DNA of 64,000 bases. Source: a virus. Positions 29,195 through 39,202 of the stretch are shown here, in pieces. Position 1 is the stretch's first letter; each line of letters starts with the position of its first letter. Both the position numbers and the translations under genes were made by a program. Where the stretch lies: IMG/VR virus record IMGVR_UViG_3300020582_000006, positions 21,314-85,313 of that record. One strand, given 5' to 3'. The notes under the pieces are model-generated. The model was not told the DNA's origin, searched no databases, and was given only the letters and a program-made list of their open reading frames with translations.

Positions 29195-29796
29195 AGGAAG
29201 GCCTCCGTTCTACGGCCATCAAGGAACTGGGTTCCACGCCTCCCGTCATCATGGAGACGAACGGCGGCTACGGGCATATCTACCAGCATTGCTACAAAGA
29301 CGTCGTCGACGGCATCGTATTCGAGAAAATGAGGCCAAAAGCCCTGGTCCTCGCGCAGCAGCGCCCGAGCTGGTCGGTCTACTGCTGCGATAACGAGATG
29401 GCAATCAGGGCCGGTGTCGGCCGCCATCTCGAGGTGAACTTTCTCGATGTGGATCCCTATGGGGAATGCTGGAAGATTCTCGACGCGTTCTTCGCGAGCG
29501 ACCGTCCGCGCCCGCCGCGTCTGGTGGTCGTGGTCAATTGCGGCCTGCGCCAGTCGCTCAAGCTGAACGCCGGCTGGCATATCGAGTCCCTGAAGGAAAT
29601 CGTCAGCACCTACGGGAACCAGATGATCTGGAAGCACTACCTCTCCATAGCCAAAGAACTGGTCCAAAAAAAAGCGGCTAAGCCCGGATACAGGCTTAGC
29701 CGCTGGAATGGTTATTACTGCGGTCACGGTCAGAACATGACTCACTTCGCCGCCGTGCTTGACAGATCCTCGTCTTCCTCCTCGTCTTCGACATAG
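29134..29796 (+). CDS. SAM-binding methyltransferase-like protein (TcmP-like)
   Basis: ETNGG.G glycine loop and FLDVDPYG motif. Confidence 0.5.
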   Translation: MSGILGNKQQKQKDNSTGSLKEGLRSTAIKELGSTPPVIMETNGGYGHIYQHCYKDVVDGIVFEKMRPKALVLAQQRPSWSVYCCDNEMAIRAGVGRHLEVNFLDVDPYGECWKILDAFFASDRPRPPRLVVVVNCGLRQSLKLNAGWHIESLKEIVSTYGNQMIWKHYLSIAKELVQKKAAKPGYRLSRWNGYYCGHGQNMTHFAAVLDRSSSSSSSST

Positions 29797-30176
29797 AGCG
29801 GGTTGTCATCCGCCAGCAGGTGATCACGGCAGACCGGCGCGATGCCGATATGGATTCGTCCGGAATCAATCGGGACGATCGTCGCCATCGTGAGCGCCCG
29901 AAATGGAGCCCTGCTGGTCCAGTGAGTCTTGCGCCGCTTGCCGCACTCGCAGCAGGGCACAGCCTTCTCGAAGCGCAGGAAGCGGACCCGCTCCCGCTGT
30001 TCCTCCGAGAACATCTTGTTCGGCGCGGCTTCGGCGATGTAAGTGATGGGGACAGGCTCCCTGAGCCTCGGGTGCAGTGAGACGTCATAGCCCTGGCGCA
30101 GAAGCACCGGAAGATACGTTTCCAGGGATTCCGGATTCCAGGGCCAGTAGCACGCCCATATTTCGATCTTCTTCAT
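29742..30176 (-). CDS. Zn-binding hypothetical protein
   Basis: CCEC and C..H motifs. Last gene of the long leftward operon. Confidence 0.5.
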   Translation of the reverse strand: MKKIEIWACYWPWNPESLETYLPVLLRQGYDVSLHPRLREPVPITYIAEAAPNKMFSEEQRERVRFLRFEKAVPCCECGKRRKTHWTSRAPFRALTMATIVPIDSGRIHIGIAPVCRDHLLADDNPLYVEDEEEDEDLSSTAAK

Positions 30177-30817
30177 TGGTTCCCTTTCTGACCCGGCAGT
30201 CTGATGCGCCGGATTCCCCGGATTGACGTGAGGATCTCGTTCGCGGTCTGGTCGACCACTGGCGCGGGTTTTGGCGCTGCCGCCATTCTCTCTGCCATCT
30301 TGCGTTCCGCCTCCCAGATGCGGCACTGGGCGCGGGTGTGGTTCTGCGCGTACTGATCATGCTGGCAGAGCGGGCAGGGCCTGACAGGCCTCTGTGGCGG
30401 CCTCTGTGGCGGTGGCGCTGGCGGCCTTGGGCGCGGCGCTGGCGGGCCCTGGACGTGAACCGGCTCGCCCAGGCGCGGTACTCCTGGCGGTCGCTCCCGC
30501 AGGCGCTCGACCGGCGAAAGAGGCGGGATCCCTCCTGTTGTGGATACTGCCCGGTAGCGGCTGTCTCCCGTTTCCTTTTCGCGCTGCAGGTTATTGAAGA
30601 TATTCCTGGCCGTGTTGAGCGTCACCGGGTGTGTGGTCTTCGTGCCGGTGCGCGGCACAGCATTGAGCGCACCGTATTCGAAATCGACGGTATACAACTG
30701 CTCAGGATTTAACAGGCTGCGCGGCGCGGGAGTGATGTAGATCGTATAGAACTTCCCTCCGGATCTGCTGTCGGCCACAAGGCGAACGGATAGCAATGGC
30801 GGTGCGAGCGGTGGCAT
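30173..30817 (-). CDS. WGR-domain protein
   Basis: KFYTI...YTVDFEYG.....TGTKT..PV....A..IF......K. Pro-rich linker and C-terminal Zn knuckle. Confidence 0.7.
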   Translation of the reverse strand: MPPLAPPLLSVRLVADSRSGGKFYTIYITPAPRSLLNPEQLYTVDFEYGALNAVPRTGTKTTHPVTLNTARNIFNNLQREKETGDSRYRAVSTTGGIPPLSPVERLRERPPGVPRLGEPVHVQGPPAPRPRPPAPPPQRPPQRPVRPCPLCQHDQYAQNHTRAQCRIWEAERKMAERMAAAPKPAPVVDQTANEILTSIRGIRRIRLPGQKGNQ

Positions 30818-30821
30818 TCTT

Positions 30822-31622
30822 CTACGCTCCTTTCTTCAACCGGCCTGTCTCGGCCATGTTCCTGCGCATAGTGACCCAGGCGCGCCGGGCAGAGCACTTC
30901 CGGTTCTTGCAGGGACATCCCCGGGGATGGTCGCCGTTCTCGTCGACCTCGATGACAGGCTCGCCGCCGGATCGCACGAGTGCGATCGACTGCACGGGCG
31001 GAGGCACAAAGGAGCCCGGTACCAGCAATTCCGTCTCGAGGATCATCAGAGCGTTGCGGATGTTGCCTCCGGACGCCCTGACAATCTCGGCGAAGTCGGG
31101 CCGGCGCCCGCCTTTCTCTTTCTTCCAGACCCGCGCAAGGAACGCTGTCTGTTCCTCGACGGTCGGCGGCTTGAAGTCGAGCCGCCGCAGACGGCTGAGG
31201 AAGCGGGGATGCAGCAACCGGGTATCGTTGCTGGTCATCAGGAAGATCGTATCCCTCGGCATTGCCGCGGTATCGAGGATCGACAGGAAAGACTTCTGCG
31301 CCTGGGCGCTCATCGAGTCGCATTCATCCACAATGGCGACGTGCCAGCGCCCGCCTCCCATCGGGGCATACTGGCAGTCGCAGACCAGCTGCTCGACCAC
31401 TTCCACGGTGCATTTGGCCGCGCTGATATGGTGCAGTTTCCCGCCGATGGCTTTGGCTACCACCATAGCCATGGTGGTTTTGCCGAGACCTGACGGGCCC
31501 AGGAGAAGAAACCCGCTCTCATACGGATCGGCGATGAGCTTCGAGAGTACGGCTTTCGGAACCTCGATCCCGACAAAGTCCGATATCTTCTGTGGCTCGT
31601 ATTTGACCACCAGGGCTTTCAA
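30822..31622 (-). CDS. Clamp-loader-like AAA+ ATPase (RFC/DnaX/RarA family)
   Basis: KYEP....FVG, GPSGLGKTT, IVDECD, SR and GNIRNAL motifs. Confidence 0.8.
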   Translation of the reverse strand: MKALVVKYEPQKISDFVGIEVPKAVLSKLIADPYESGFLLLGPSGLGKTTMAMVVAKAIGGKLHHISAAKCTVEVVEQLVCDCQYAPMGGGRWHVAIVDECDSMSAQAQKSFLSILDTAAMPRDTIFLMTSNDTRLLHPRFLSRLRRLDFKPPTVEEQTAFLARVWKKEKGGRRPDFAEIVRASGGNIRNALMILETELLVPGSFVPPPVQSIALVRSGGEPVIEVDENGDHPRGCPCKNRKCSARRAWVTMRRNMAETGRLKKGA

Positions 31623-31921
31623 CGCTCACCCCCTGGCAGAGGCACGCCGAGTTCGCGGTAGAGAGCGCGTTTCCAGTCGGCGATGTAAGCTTCAACCGAC
31701 TCGTGGATCGCGCGTCTGACTTTGGCCGGAATGCGCACCGGCCGTGGTTTTGTCTTGTGTTGTTTCACGGTCTTGTCCTTTCGTAGAGATTCTCTTCCAG
31801 CGTTTCTTGCCGCCCGACAGAACCTCGCCGGTGTCGTCCATTTTCACGTCGTAACACATGCCGATACCGCGAACGATTACGCCGGTCCTGCCATTCTCGC
31901 CCCGGACTGGTGTCCCGTTTG

Positions 31922-32149
31922 TCACAGGTGTTTCGTCCTTTCTTCGAGCGTCGCTATTTTCCCTTCGTGCAGGATCATGTAATCGATAAACCTCTCGACG
32001 TTCCGCGCCAGAGAATCGACCTTACCGGTCAGAGGATCGATCTTACCGTCAATCTTGGCGTCGATGTAGTACTTGAAGAACGCGATCGCCAGGCCGAACA
32101 GCGTGACCATCAGGGTTGCCATAGCGAAGAATGCCTGAGCGATGGTCAT
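31922..32149 (-). CDS. Small TM/coiled-coil protein
   Basis: N-terminal TM helix followed by heptad repeats. Confidence 0.55.
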   Translation of the reverse strand: MTIAQAFFAMATLMVTLFGLAIAFFKYYIDAKIDGKIDPLTGKVDSLARNVERFIDYMILHEGKIATLEERTKHL

Positions 32150-32694
32150 CGGCCCGGCTCCTGAAAGAAGCGGAACCGTCCGATGAAGGATTCGTTCTTG
32201 CTCAGATCCCGTTCGGTGATCTCGTCGAATCCGGTCACTGTGGCGTCTTCCGGGTTGCGCTGGTAAGTCAGGGTCAGCTCATGGCACGACACCATGGTCT
32301 GCACCGTGAGCTTGGCGCATTCCTTGCAGGTGCCGAAGCCGGCCACGGCCAGTTCTTTGAGCGACAGGCCCAGTTCGAGCTTGAGCGCCATACCCTCTCT
32401 CAGCTTGCCCGGATGGAACTTCATTTCATACGTGTCGAAGAGAGTGACCACGGTCGTAAAGCCGTGTTTCTGAATGAGCCGGTTGACCTCCTGCGAGAGG
32501 ATTTGCTTGCTGGCGTTGTCGCCCATTTTCTCCGGATCGAAGTGCAGGATATTAGTGGGCGAACCGTCCATGGCATCTATCAGGAAAATGCAGGGCTGCA
32601 CCGTGCGCGTTGCGAGCAGCTGCTGACGGGCCGACTGAAGCAGGACGCGGCCCAGGTTGATGAGGTGTTCCGTGGTCGGAGTCTCGCGGTTCAT
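32146..32694 (-). CDS. Hypothetical protein
   Basis: GGAGGAG RBS and ATGA overlaps. Confidence 0.6.
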   Translation of the reverse strand: MNRETPTTEHLINLGRVLLQSARQQLLATRTVQPCIFLIDAMDGSPTNILHFDPEKMGDNASKQILSQEVNRLIQKHGFTTVVTLFDTYEMKFHPGKLREGMALKLELGLSLKELAVAGFGTCKECAKLTVQTMVSCHELTLTYQRNPEDATVTGFDEITERDLSKNESFIGRFRFFQEPGR

Positions 32695-32933
32695 ATGGAC
32701 ACTCCTCCGAATCCTACCTGATCGGCGGTGAACAGGCTTTCCTGTTTGCCCTCGGTCGGGTTTTCGATGTGCGCTCGATGAGCCTCGTAAGCGCGGACGG
32801 TGAAAGCGCCCTGAGTCTCGCCGGACTCTCTCGCCGGCCCGTTCCACCGGCAGGAGCAACCTGAGTGGTTCTCCAGTATTAATGGCGTGTGTTGTTCTGT
32901 CATTTTGTGTGTCCTGTCCTTGTTCGGTTTTTT

Positions 32934-33791
32934 CTACGCTCCTTTGAGAATCGGGAAGTGCTCCCGGTGATACCTGTCGCTGTCCGGCTGGACGATGATG
33001 GGCGCCGCCAGTTCGCCGGGGAACTGACGGTACTGTTTACAGGTCCCGTCTGTTTCGACCAGATAGCAGCGTTTCTCCGTCATGAAATGTTCGTCCTGTT
33101 TGTGGAAGTAAGCGACGCCCTGTTCGACGCAGGCATCGCGGATCTCCCGCGCCCACTCCATCTTCATCGGGCGATGATTGGAGCCCGACTCGCCGCCGAC
33201 GATAACCATGTCGATGCCGGTCAGGTCGAGCGGCATCAGGGAAGTCAGCAGCGGTTCGGCTGACACGAAGCGCACCGTGGCCTTCGACTTACGAAGGTGG
33301 TCGATGCGGAACTTAGTATCCTTGTGGCCGCAGCTGGTCCCGAGCCAGATATGTTTCGCCCAGGGGCCCTGCCACTGCGAAGCGCGTTCGGCTCGTTTGG
33401 TCAGCAGCATGTAAATGTGCTGATACGGGATGAGCCAGTCATCGAACAGGGTATGGAGAAACTCATCCGGCACCAGCCGGTGAAAGATGTCCCCCATCGA
33501 GCAGATGAAGATACGCTCTCGTTCGGAGGGTGGCAGGCGCGGGTTGATGACCGGCAGCCTCCCGATCTCGCGGAATCGTTCCGGCCGCAGTCTGACGTTC
33601 GCCGCCTCGTTCGGCTCAGTCCATGGTTTGGCGGTCCATGTGCGTTTGATTGATAGCGTCTCCGCATAACAGTTGACGCATTCGGGACTGATGAAGCGTT
33701 TCCCTGTTACCGTATTTGTCTCGATTGGTTTCGAGCAACCACTTACAAGATTGAGCGTTTTGGTCGCCCAGGCGATGATAGTGTCATTCAC
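32934..33791 (-). CDS. DUF5131 (Gp37/Gp68) radical-SAM-like protein
   Basis: I.W...T.N.VSGC...SP.C.NCYAE, FICSMGDIFH, LTKR, FVSAEPLL, IVGGESG and F.KQ motifs. Confidence 0.9.
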   Translation of the reverse strand: MNDTIIAWATKTLNLVSGCSKPIETNTVTGKRFISPECVNCYAETLSIKRTWTAKPWTEPNEAANVRLRPERFREIGRLPVINPRLPPSERERIFICSMGDIFHRLVPDEFLHTLFDDWLIPYQHIYMLLTKRAERASQWQGPWAKHIWLGTSCGHKDTKFRIDHLRKSKATVRFVSAEPLLTSLMPLDLTGIDMVIVGGESGSNHRPMKMEWAREIRDACVEQGVAYFHKQDEHFMTEKRCYLVETDGTCKQYRQFPGELAAPIIVQPDSDRYHREHFPILKGA

Positions 33792-34021
33792 GTTTTTTGA
33801 TGCCTTTCCGGTAAGTCATGTGGTATGGTGTTTTAGTTTGTAAGTTATATTATATCAATAACTTGGCGGTGGCTGTGAGGGCGGATTTGGCGGGGATTTC
33901 GGGCCTTTTGTCTTTCGCCGCGGATCGCGCCGGGCCTTCTTTCTGTTGTGTCCCGCTTTGCCCTCAGTTGCCTGCAGCTGTTTATTCAGTTCGTTCTGTC
34001 TGGCGAGTATTTCATTCAGGT

Positions 34022-34336
34022 TCACCGGGCGCCTCTCCTGATCGGTGGTTCGACCGGCGCATGCACGCTTCCAAGCCATTCGGTATACAGGCGTTTGATC
34101 TCAGCGAGTACTTTGACGTCGCTGATCGGATGGGGAAGCGTGACCTCCTTGCCGCCGGCCTCGTCGCCGAAAGGGAAGATGAGCCGCTTTGTGCGCGGGT
34201 CGTAGTTCGATGCAATGGCGGCTCGCATGGTGTCGGGAAACGCCTTGATCGGGATGTCCACGATTGCGGTGGATGTGGGCGCTTCGTACCCTGCGGCAAG
34301 CGAAGCGCGTTGGTCTATGTTGATGAGCAGTTTCAT
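34022..34336 (-). CDS. Hypothetical protein
   Basis: GGAG RBS. Confidence 0.5.
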   Translation of the reverse strand: MKLLINIDQRASLAAGYEAPTSTAIVDIPIKAFPDTMRAAIASNYDPRTKRLIFPFGDEAGGKEVTLPHPISDVKVLAEIKRLYTEWLGSVHAPVEPPIRRGAR

Positions 34337-34393
34337 TTTCTCTCCAATGGGGAAATCAGGCCGGGTCCTGGTGAACCCGGCCTTTCTACGGCC

Positions 34394-36187
34394 TTAGCGG
34401 GATGCTTTCTTCTTTGCGGTGGCCACTTTCCTGACTGTGGCCTTAGCCTTCTTTGCGGGTTTTGCTTTGTGCTTCGCCGCAGTCTTCACTGCGGGTGTTT
34501 TCGGCGCGGGCTCTGCCGGGGACTTACCGGCTTTCTTCGCCTGGGACTTCAGCCGCGCCGCCTTGAACACCTCGCGCATGCGCATGCCGATCTCGTTCTC
34601 GATGTTCTTATGATCGATCCCGAAGACGTTCGCCGCCATGTCGAACCGCTTCCTCTCGTCGCCCGCGCTATAGAGTTGCTCGCGCGCGCAGTCCTGCAGG
34701 GCGAGCCCGAAGATGATCTTCGGCAGCCAGTCCGATGCCGGTGACCCTTTCTCGGCCAGAATCATCCGGCGCAGTTCGGCGGTGACATCGCTCGACGAAC
34801 GCTTGCCGGCCTCGAGGCCGGGGAACTTGAACACGTCGAGCAGCTCTGGCGGTGTCATGTGCTTGAGCAGCGCGAGCGCGATGATCTGCTGCTGACTATG
34901 AGGAACAGCCCAGATGTAGTTCTTGCCGTTCACCGGCTCATTGCAGATATCTTCGAGGACCTGACGCCGCGCCGCCGTCTCGATCTTCTCGCCCAGTTTC
35001 TTTTCTTTCTGCGCCCAGAAGTCCACCTTGCCTTCGGGAGTTCGCGACGTGTGCGAAGCAGGCCGGTAGTTGTGATGGAGTGAGCACTGCTGATTGCGGC
35101 AGACCTGAATGATGGTTCCCTTGCCGGGATTGTCCACATAGATCGCCTGTTCGGTATCGGGACAGTTCTTGACCTTGCCCTTCTTGTTGGCAACGACCTC
35201 GGCGTAGGTGTCGCGGCCTATGGCGTTTTCGCCCTTCGCCGGATTGTAGTTATGGCTGATGCGGACCAGCTCGACGCCTTCGTCTTTCTTCACCTGAACG
35301 ATCTGAATGAAGTGGGCCTCGGCCTTCGCCGCGTAGCAGTCCCGGTCGAGGCAATGATCGCCGGCCCGCACATCGTCGAACAACTGAGCGTTGGCCGCGC
35401 TGCGCTTGGGGCATGTGATGCAGGCGCCCGCGGCCGGGATCAGTTCGGCGTCGTCCTTGGCCCAGGGCGCAGCCGCCAGATCGAGCAGGATCTCCGCGTC
35501 GATCAGATCGTCGAGATGAGCCACGGTGACCGCGTGTACGGTCCGGTCGTACTTGTAGCCCTGACCGGGCACGAACTTGCTGCCGCCCTCTTCATAGAGC
35601 AAGTGCTCGAGGACATGCCGCTGGCTGGCTTCGGGAAGCCGCGCGAGGCGCTGCGCGTGCCCGACGTGGATCTTCTCGGCGATGAAGTCTTCGCGCAATT
35701 CGGGGATCAGATTGACCAGCGCCATGCGTTTGTAGACATAGGCGACGTTCTTGCCCACGCGATCGGCGATGGTCTGCGCCGTGTAATTCGGCTGGCTCAT
35801 CAGATGCCGGAAGCCGTCCGCCTCTTCGAGCGGGTGAACGTCTTCGCGGATGAGGTTCTCGACGATCTGGATCTCGAGCACCTGCTGGTCGTCGAGATCG
35901 CGCACGATGGCCGGGATCTGGCCCAGTTCCGCTTCCAGGGCCGCGCGGTAGCGTCTGCTGCCCACCACGATCTCGAAGGCCTGCGGCCCCCTGTTTCTTA
36001 CCAGGATGGGCTGCACGATGCCGACAGAGCGAACGCTCTGCACCAGTTCATCCATCGCTGTCTTGCGCCAGGTCTTGCGCGGGTTGGTTGTCGATTCCGT
36101 GAGCCATGCGAGAGGAATACTCTCGTATGCCGGTGTGAGAGCTGCAGCCGTGGCTTCAGCAGTATTTGCTCTGGTCGTTTTGGCCAT
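34394..36187 (-). CDS. parB: ParB/RepB/Spo0J family protein (long, with Zn-binding region and Lys/Ala-rich tail)
   Basis: NPRK, GIVQPILVR, IVVGSRRYRAA and ENL.REDVHPLEEA motifs, plus an HTH. Confidence 0.85.
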   Translation of the reverse strand: MAKTTRANTAEATAAALTPAYESIPLAWLTESTTNPRKTWRKTAMDELVQSVRSVGIVQPILVRNRGPQAFEIVVGSRRYRAALEAELGQIPAIVRDLDDQQVLEIQIVENLIREDVHPLEEADGFRHLMSQPNYTAQTIADRVGKNVAYVYKRMALVNLIPELREDFIAEKIHVGHAQRLARLPEASQRHVLEHLLYEEGGSKFVPGQGYKYDRTVHAVTVAHLDDLIDAEILLDLAAAPWAKDDAELIPAAGACITCPKRSAANAQLFDDVRAGDHCLDRDCYAAKAEAHFIQIVQVKKDEGVELVRISHNYNPAKGENAIGRDTYAEVVANKKGKVKNCPDTEQAIYVDNPGKGTIIQVCRNQQCSLHHNYRPASHTSRTPEGKVDFWAQKEKKLGEKIETAARRQVLEDICNEPVNGKNYIWAVPHSQQQIIALALLKHMTPPELLDVFKFPGLEAGKRSSSDVTAELRRMILAEKGSPASDWLPKIIFGLALQDCAREQLYSAGDERKRFDMAANVFGIDHKNIENEIGMRMREVFKAARLKSQAKKAGKSPAEPAPKTPAVKTAAKHKAKPAKKAKATVRKVATAKKKASR

Positions 36188-36247
36188 GTTGTGTATTGTC
36201 CTTTTTTTCGTTTAGTGTTGTTTTTGTTTTGTCGAACACTGATTTTA

Positions 36248-38013
36248 TCAGTCTCGCGACTGAGTCAGGTCGACCGGGATAGCGCCGATGAATTCGAAAC
36301 CCATCGTTGCGACGCGGTGGCATTCTACGCCCGCCGGATTCTCGATCATGAAGTAATCGCCCACGCTGGCGGACGGCCCTTCGAAGTCGATCTCTTCGCC
36401 TGAGCCGCGATTGAACCGGGCATAGGCCATGTTGAGCGAATCCTCGACCCGGTAGGGCGGCGGAGGCGTTACGGTGGTGGCCACATAGCCTTTGGGATCA
36501 AAGGCATTGCGTAAGAAGTGCACTTTCGGCATTTTCTGTCTCCTATTTGAAAATCCGGTTCCAGCAGTCCGGGCAGAGCCCGGTCAGGAACATCTCCCGC
36601 TCCTCTTCGGGAACATCGGACATGACATCCTGAATGGTCCCGCCCAGTCGCCATGCCGCGATTTGCCTCGCGGTGGCTGTTACAGGCCGATCCTTCCTGC
36701 AATCGACGCAGGTTAGAGTGATGCCTTTCGGCTCTTCCGGACCGCGTTGCCAGGGCACCGGGTCGCCGATGCGGTTCTCACGAAATGAGCGGTGCATGAT
36801 GAGCGCACTCCGGTATACACCCTCTTTCGTGAAGGCCGGATGGTTGTAATTGAAGGTGTCGGCGGTGCGCCGCGCGAGCCCTTCATAGTCGCCGGCCAGC
36901 AAGAGCGCGTGGCATTGAGCGCACGCGGCCCAGTCTTCCCGGCTCGCGGCCCCGGGCGCCACCAGGAAGGTCTTCGCAGGCCAGTTAAAACTGACCTGCG
37001 GGGATGAGCAGAAATCGCAAATGAAGTCAGCCATTGTCTCCTCCTTCGGTGTCGGCAATAGTTCTCACAAATCCTTCCACCATCGGTTGCCAGTTGAAGG
37101 GTGGCCACTCGGCGGGAAAGTTGCTGTCCGGAAAATGCGCGCCGATGATTCTCCAGAATTCGCCGCTCGCGGTCCGGACCGCGAGTTCGACCCGGTCTTC
37201 CATCGTGGCCACCTTCACTTCGGCGGCGCGGAGTAGGATGGGAGGCGAATCGTCGTATCCGTCGAACTCGAACGGTTCGACCTCGATCATTGCCGGTTCC
37301 TCGGCGGGCGTCTGGTTGTGATCCCAGACCGTCGCGATCACTTTACCGGCGAAGCGTTCTTTCTCGCCGGGCCAGATCACGATGTCTCCGATTGCCAGGC
37401 GATCTCGCTTCGCATAGGGACTGAAGCCGCCCTTGCGCTGCCACTCATCGAGCGCGAGGGCCAGTTCGGACAGCCGCGCGGCCTTCGCCGCCAGGTCCGC
37501 ATAGTCGATGTCTTCTCCCCGGTCGTTGATCGCCTGAATTTCCCGGGCGAGCTCGATCTGTTCTTTCAAGTTAGCGATAGGGTCCACAGGCTTATTCCTT
37601 TGCTCGCGGAAGCGGCGCGATCGAGGCTTCCAGACCGTGGATCGGCAAGGCGTGCGCGGCCAGCAGCCGGAAGGTCGATTGTTTGTATTTGCGAGCCAGA
37701 ATTTCCGCCTGTTTCTCGCTCAGCGGCTGGCCCTTGTCGGAGCCCACCGCGATGAGCTTGTTGTCTGCCGTCTGCAGTATTACGATGTGCGTTTTCATTT
37801 TTGTGCTGTGTTGTCTCCTTTTAAAAATCGTTCCGCCTCTTCGCGGGATGAGAATGCTTTGCCGGTCGAGCCCGCGGTATAGAGCGTGCCGAATCGGGTA
37901 TGTACCGGGCGGATCGGGTTCCCCTCCAGGTATTCGACCAGCGCCTTGTTATAGGCGTCAGCGCCGATCTGTTCGATCAGCGCAAAGCGTTCTTCGGGAC
38001 TGTCCCAGTTCAT
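36248..38013 (-). other. Cluster of small hypothetical genes (36248-36532, 36543-37058, 37027-37587, 37592-37798, 37795-38013)
   Basis: Compact ORFs with RBSs in the leftward operon. Confidence 0.55.
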
Positions 38014-39152
38014 TTCTTCTTTCCTTTCAGCGGGTCGATACCGTCTTTGAAGCGGAGTTGCTTGCGCGTGCATTCCTCCGGGCTGACATCTTCGCGCACC
38101 CCTTTCAGACGGGCCTGCACCAGCGAGCCCTGGCAGTACAGATACTCGACTTCGATGATCTGGCCGACCTCGGGCACTTTCTTGCCGATGATCGAGCAGG
38201 AGCCGATCTCCGTGCCGTCGAACAGGCTGAAGGTAATCGACTCCTTGCCGTTCGCCGTGTTGTTCGCGGTCACGATGACGGAGGCTGACGCGGTGAACTT
38301 CCAGCGCAGATTGTCGCCGCCGCGCGAAGGCCTCCCCGCTTTGTACGGCGCTGACTTCTTCACGAAGACCACGCCTTCGGCGTGCTGGTCTCTGGCATCC
38401 TGAATCAGCCGCGCTTTGTCCGTACAGGTCTGAGCGCCCTGAACCACTTTGATCTCAGGCGTCAGAACGATTTTCCTGAGCATCTTATGGCGGGATTCGT
38501 AGGGTTCCTCGCGCAGGTCCTTGCCATCCACGAACAGAAGATCGAAGGCGTGGATGGTTTCGCCTACCAGTTCGCCGTCGATCACGAACTGCGTCGGCCT
38601 CAATTCCTCGAGGGATTTTTTGAGGGCTGCGGGGACCGGCCTCACTCGCGCTGACCGTCCGGAGAACAGATGGATCGAAGGATAGTCGTTCTTGCCCGCC
38701 GAGCGGAAGTGCAGCTGCACCCGGTCGCCGTCGTGTTTGATCTGGACCCACCAGTCGCTGTCGTGGATCAGTCTGGCTTTGTCGGCCTCGTCGATATCGT
38801 TCAGGAGGCGCACCGGATAACAGACCGGCGCTTCACCCACCTGTCTGGTCACCGGCTTTTTCACCGGCTCGAGCGCCGGTTTCATTTCGGCAGTCGAGAT
38901 GACCTTGTAGTGGCTGTCTCCGTGGATCTTGTCCGATTGCAGCTGCTCGAAGATCGCCTGCGCCCTTGCGAGCGGTACGGGTTGTTTCGTTTTAGTCGCC
39001 GTGCGGACTACGTCGCCGATTGCGCCATATTCCACATTGACCAGATAAGCGTCCTGTCCCGCCGGGACCAGGAAGATCGTATAAAATTTACCACCGGATT
39101 TGCTGTCCGCTTCGAGGCGAACCGCTTGTGCCGTTCCTGCCTGTGCTGTCAT
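38010..39152 (-). CDS. WGR domain fused to ATP-dependent DNA ligase-like domain
   Basis: N-terminal WGR domain. Ligase motifs K.DG.R (QIKHDGDR), IDGEL, AFDLL, EGVVF and WKF, then a C-terminal OB-like region. Confidence 0.85.
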   Translation of the reverse strand: MTAQAGTAQAVRLEADSKSGGKFYTIFLVPAGQDAYLVNVEYGAIGDVVRTATKTKQPVPLARAQAIFEQLQSDKIHGDSHYKVISTAEMKPALEPVKKPVTRQVGEAPVCYPVRLLNDIDEADKARLIHDSDWWVQIKHDGDRVQLHFRSAGKNDYPSIHLFSGRSARVRPVPAALKKSLEELRPTQFVIDGELVGETIHAFDLLFVDGKDLREEPYESRHKMLRKIVLTPEIKVVQGAQTCTDKARLIQDARDQHAEGVVFVKKSAPYKAGRPSRGGDNLRWKFTASASVIVTANNTANGKESITFSLFDGTEIGSCSIIGKKVPEVGQIIEVEYLYCQGSLVQARLKGVREDVSPEECTRKQLRFKDGIDPLKGKKK

Positions 39153-39202
39153 GTCTGATGCTCCTGTATTGTTTGTGTGTTGTATTGCTAAATACAATTA
39201 TA

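Noticed and set aside
22701-32021. Self-targets of the putative guide (CAGAATCG at 22701, AGAATCGACC at 32012)
   Set aside because: Matches of only 8-10 nt are expected by chance in 64 kb.
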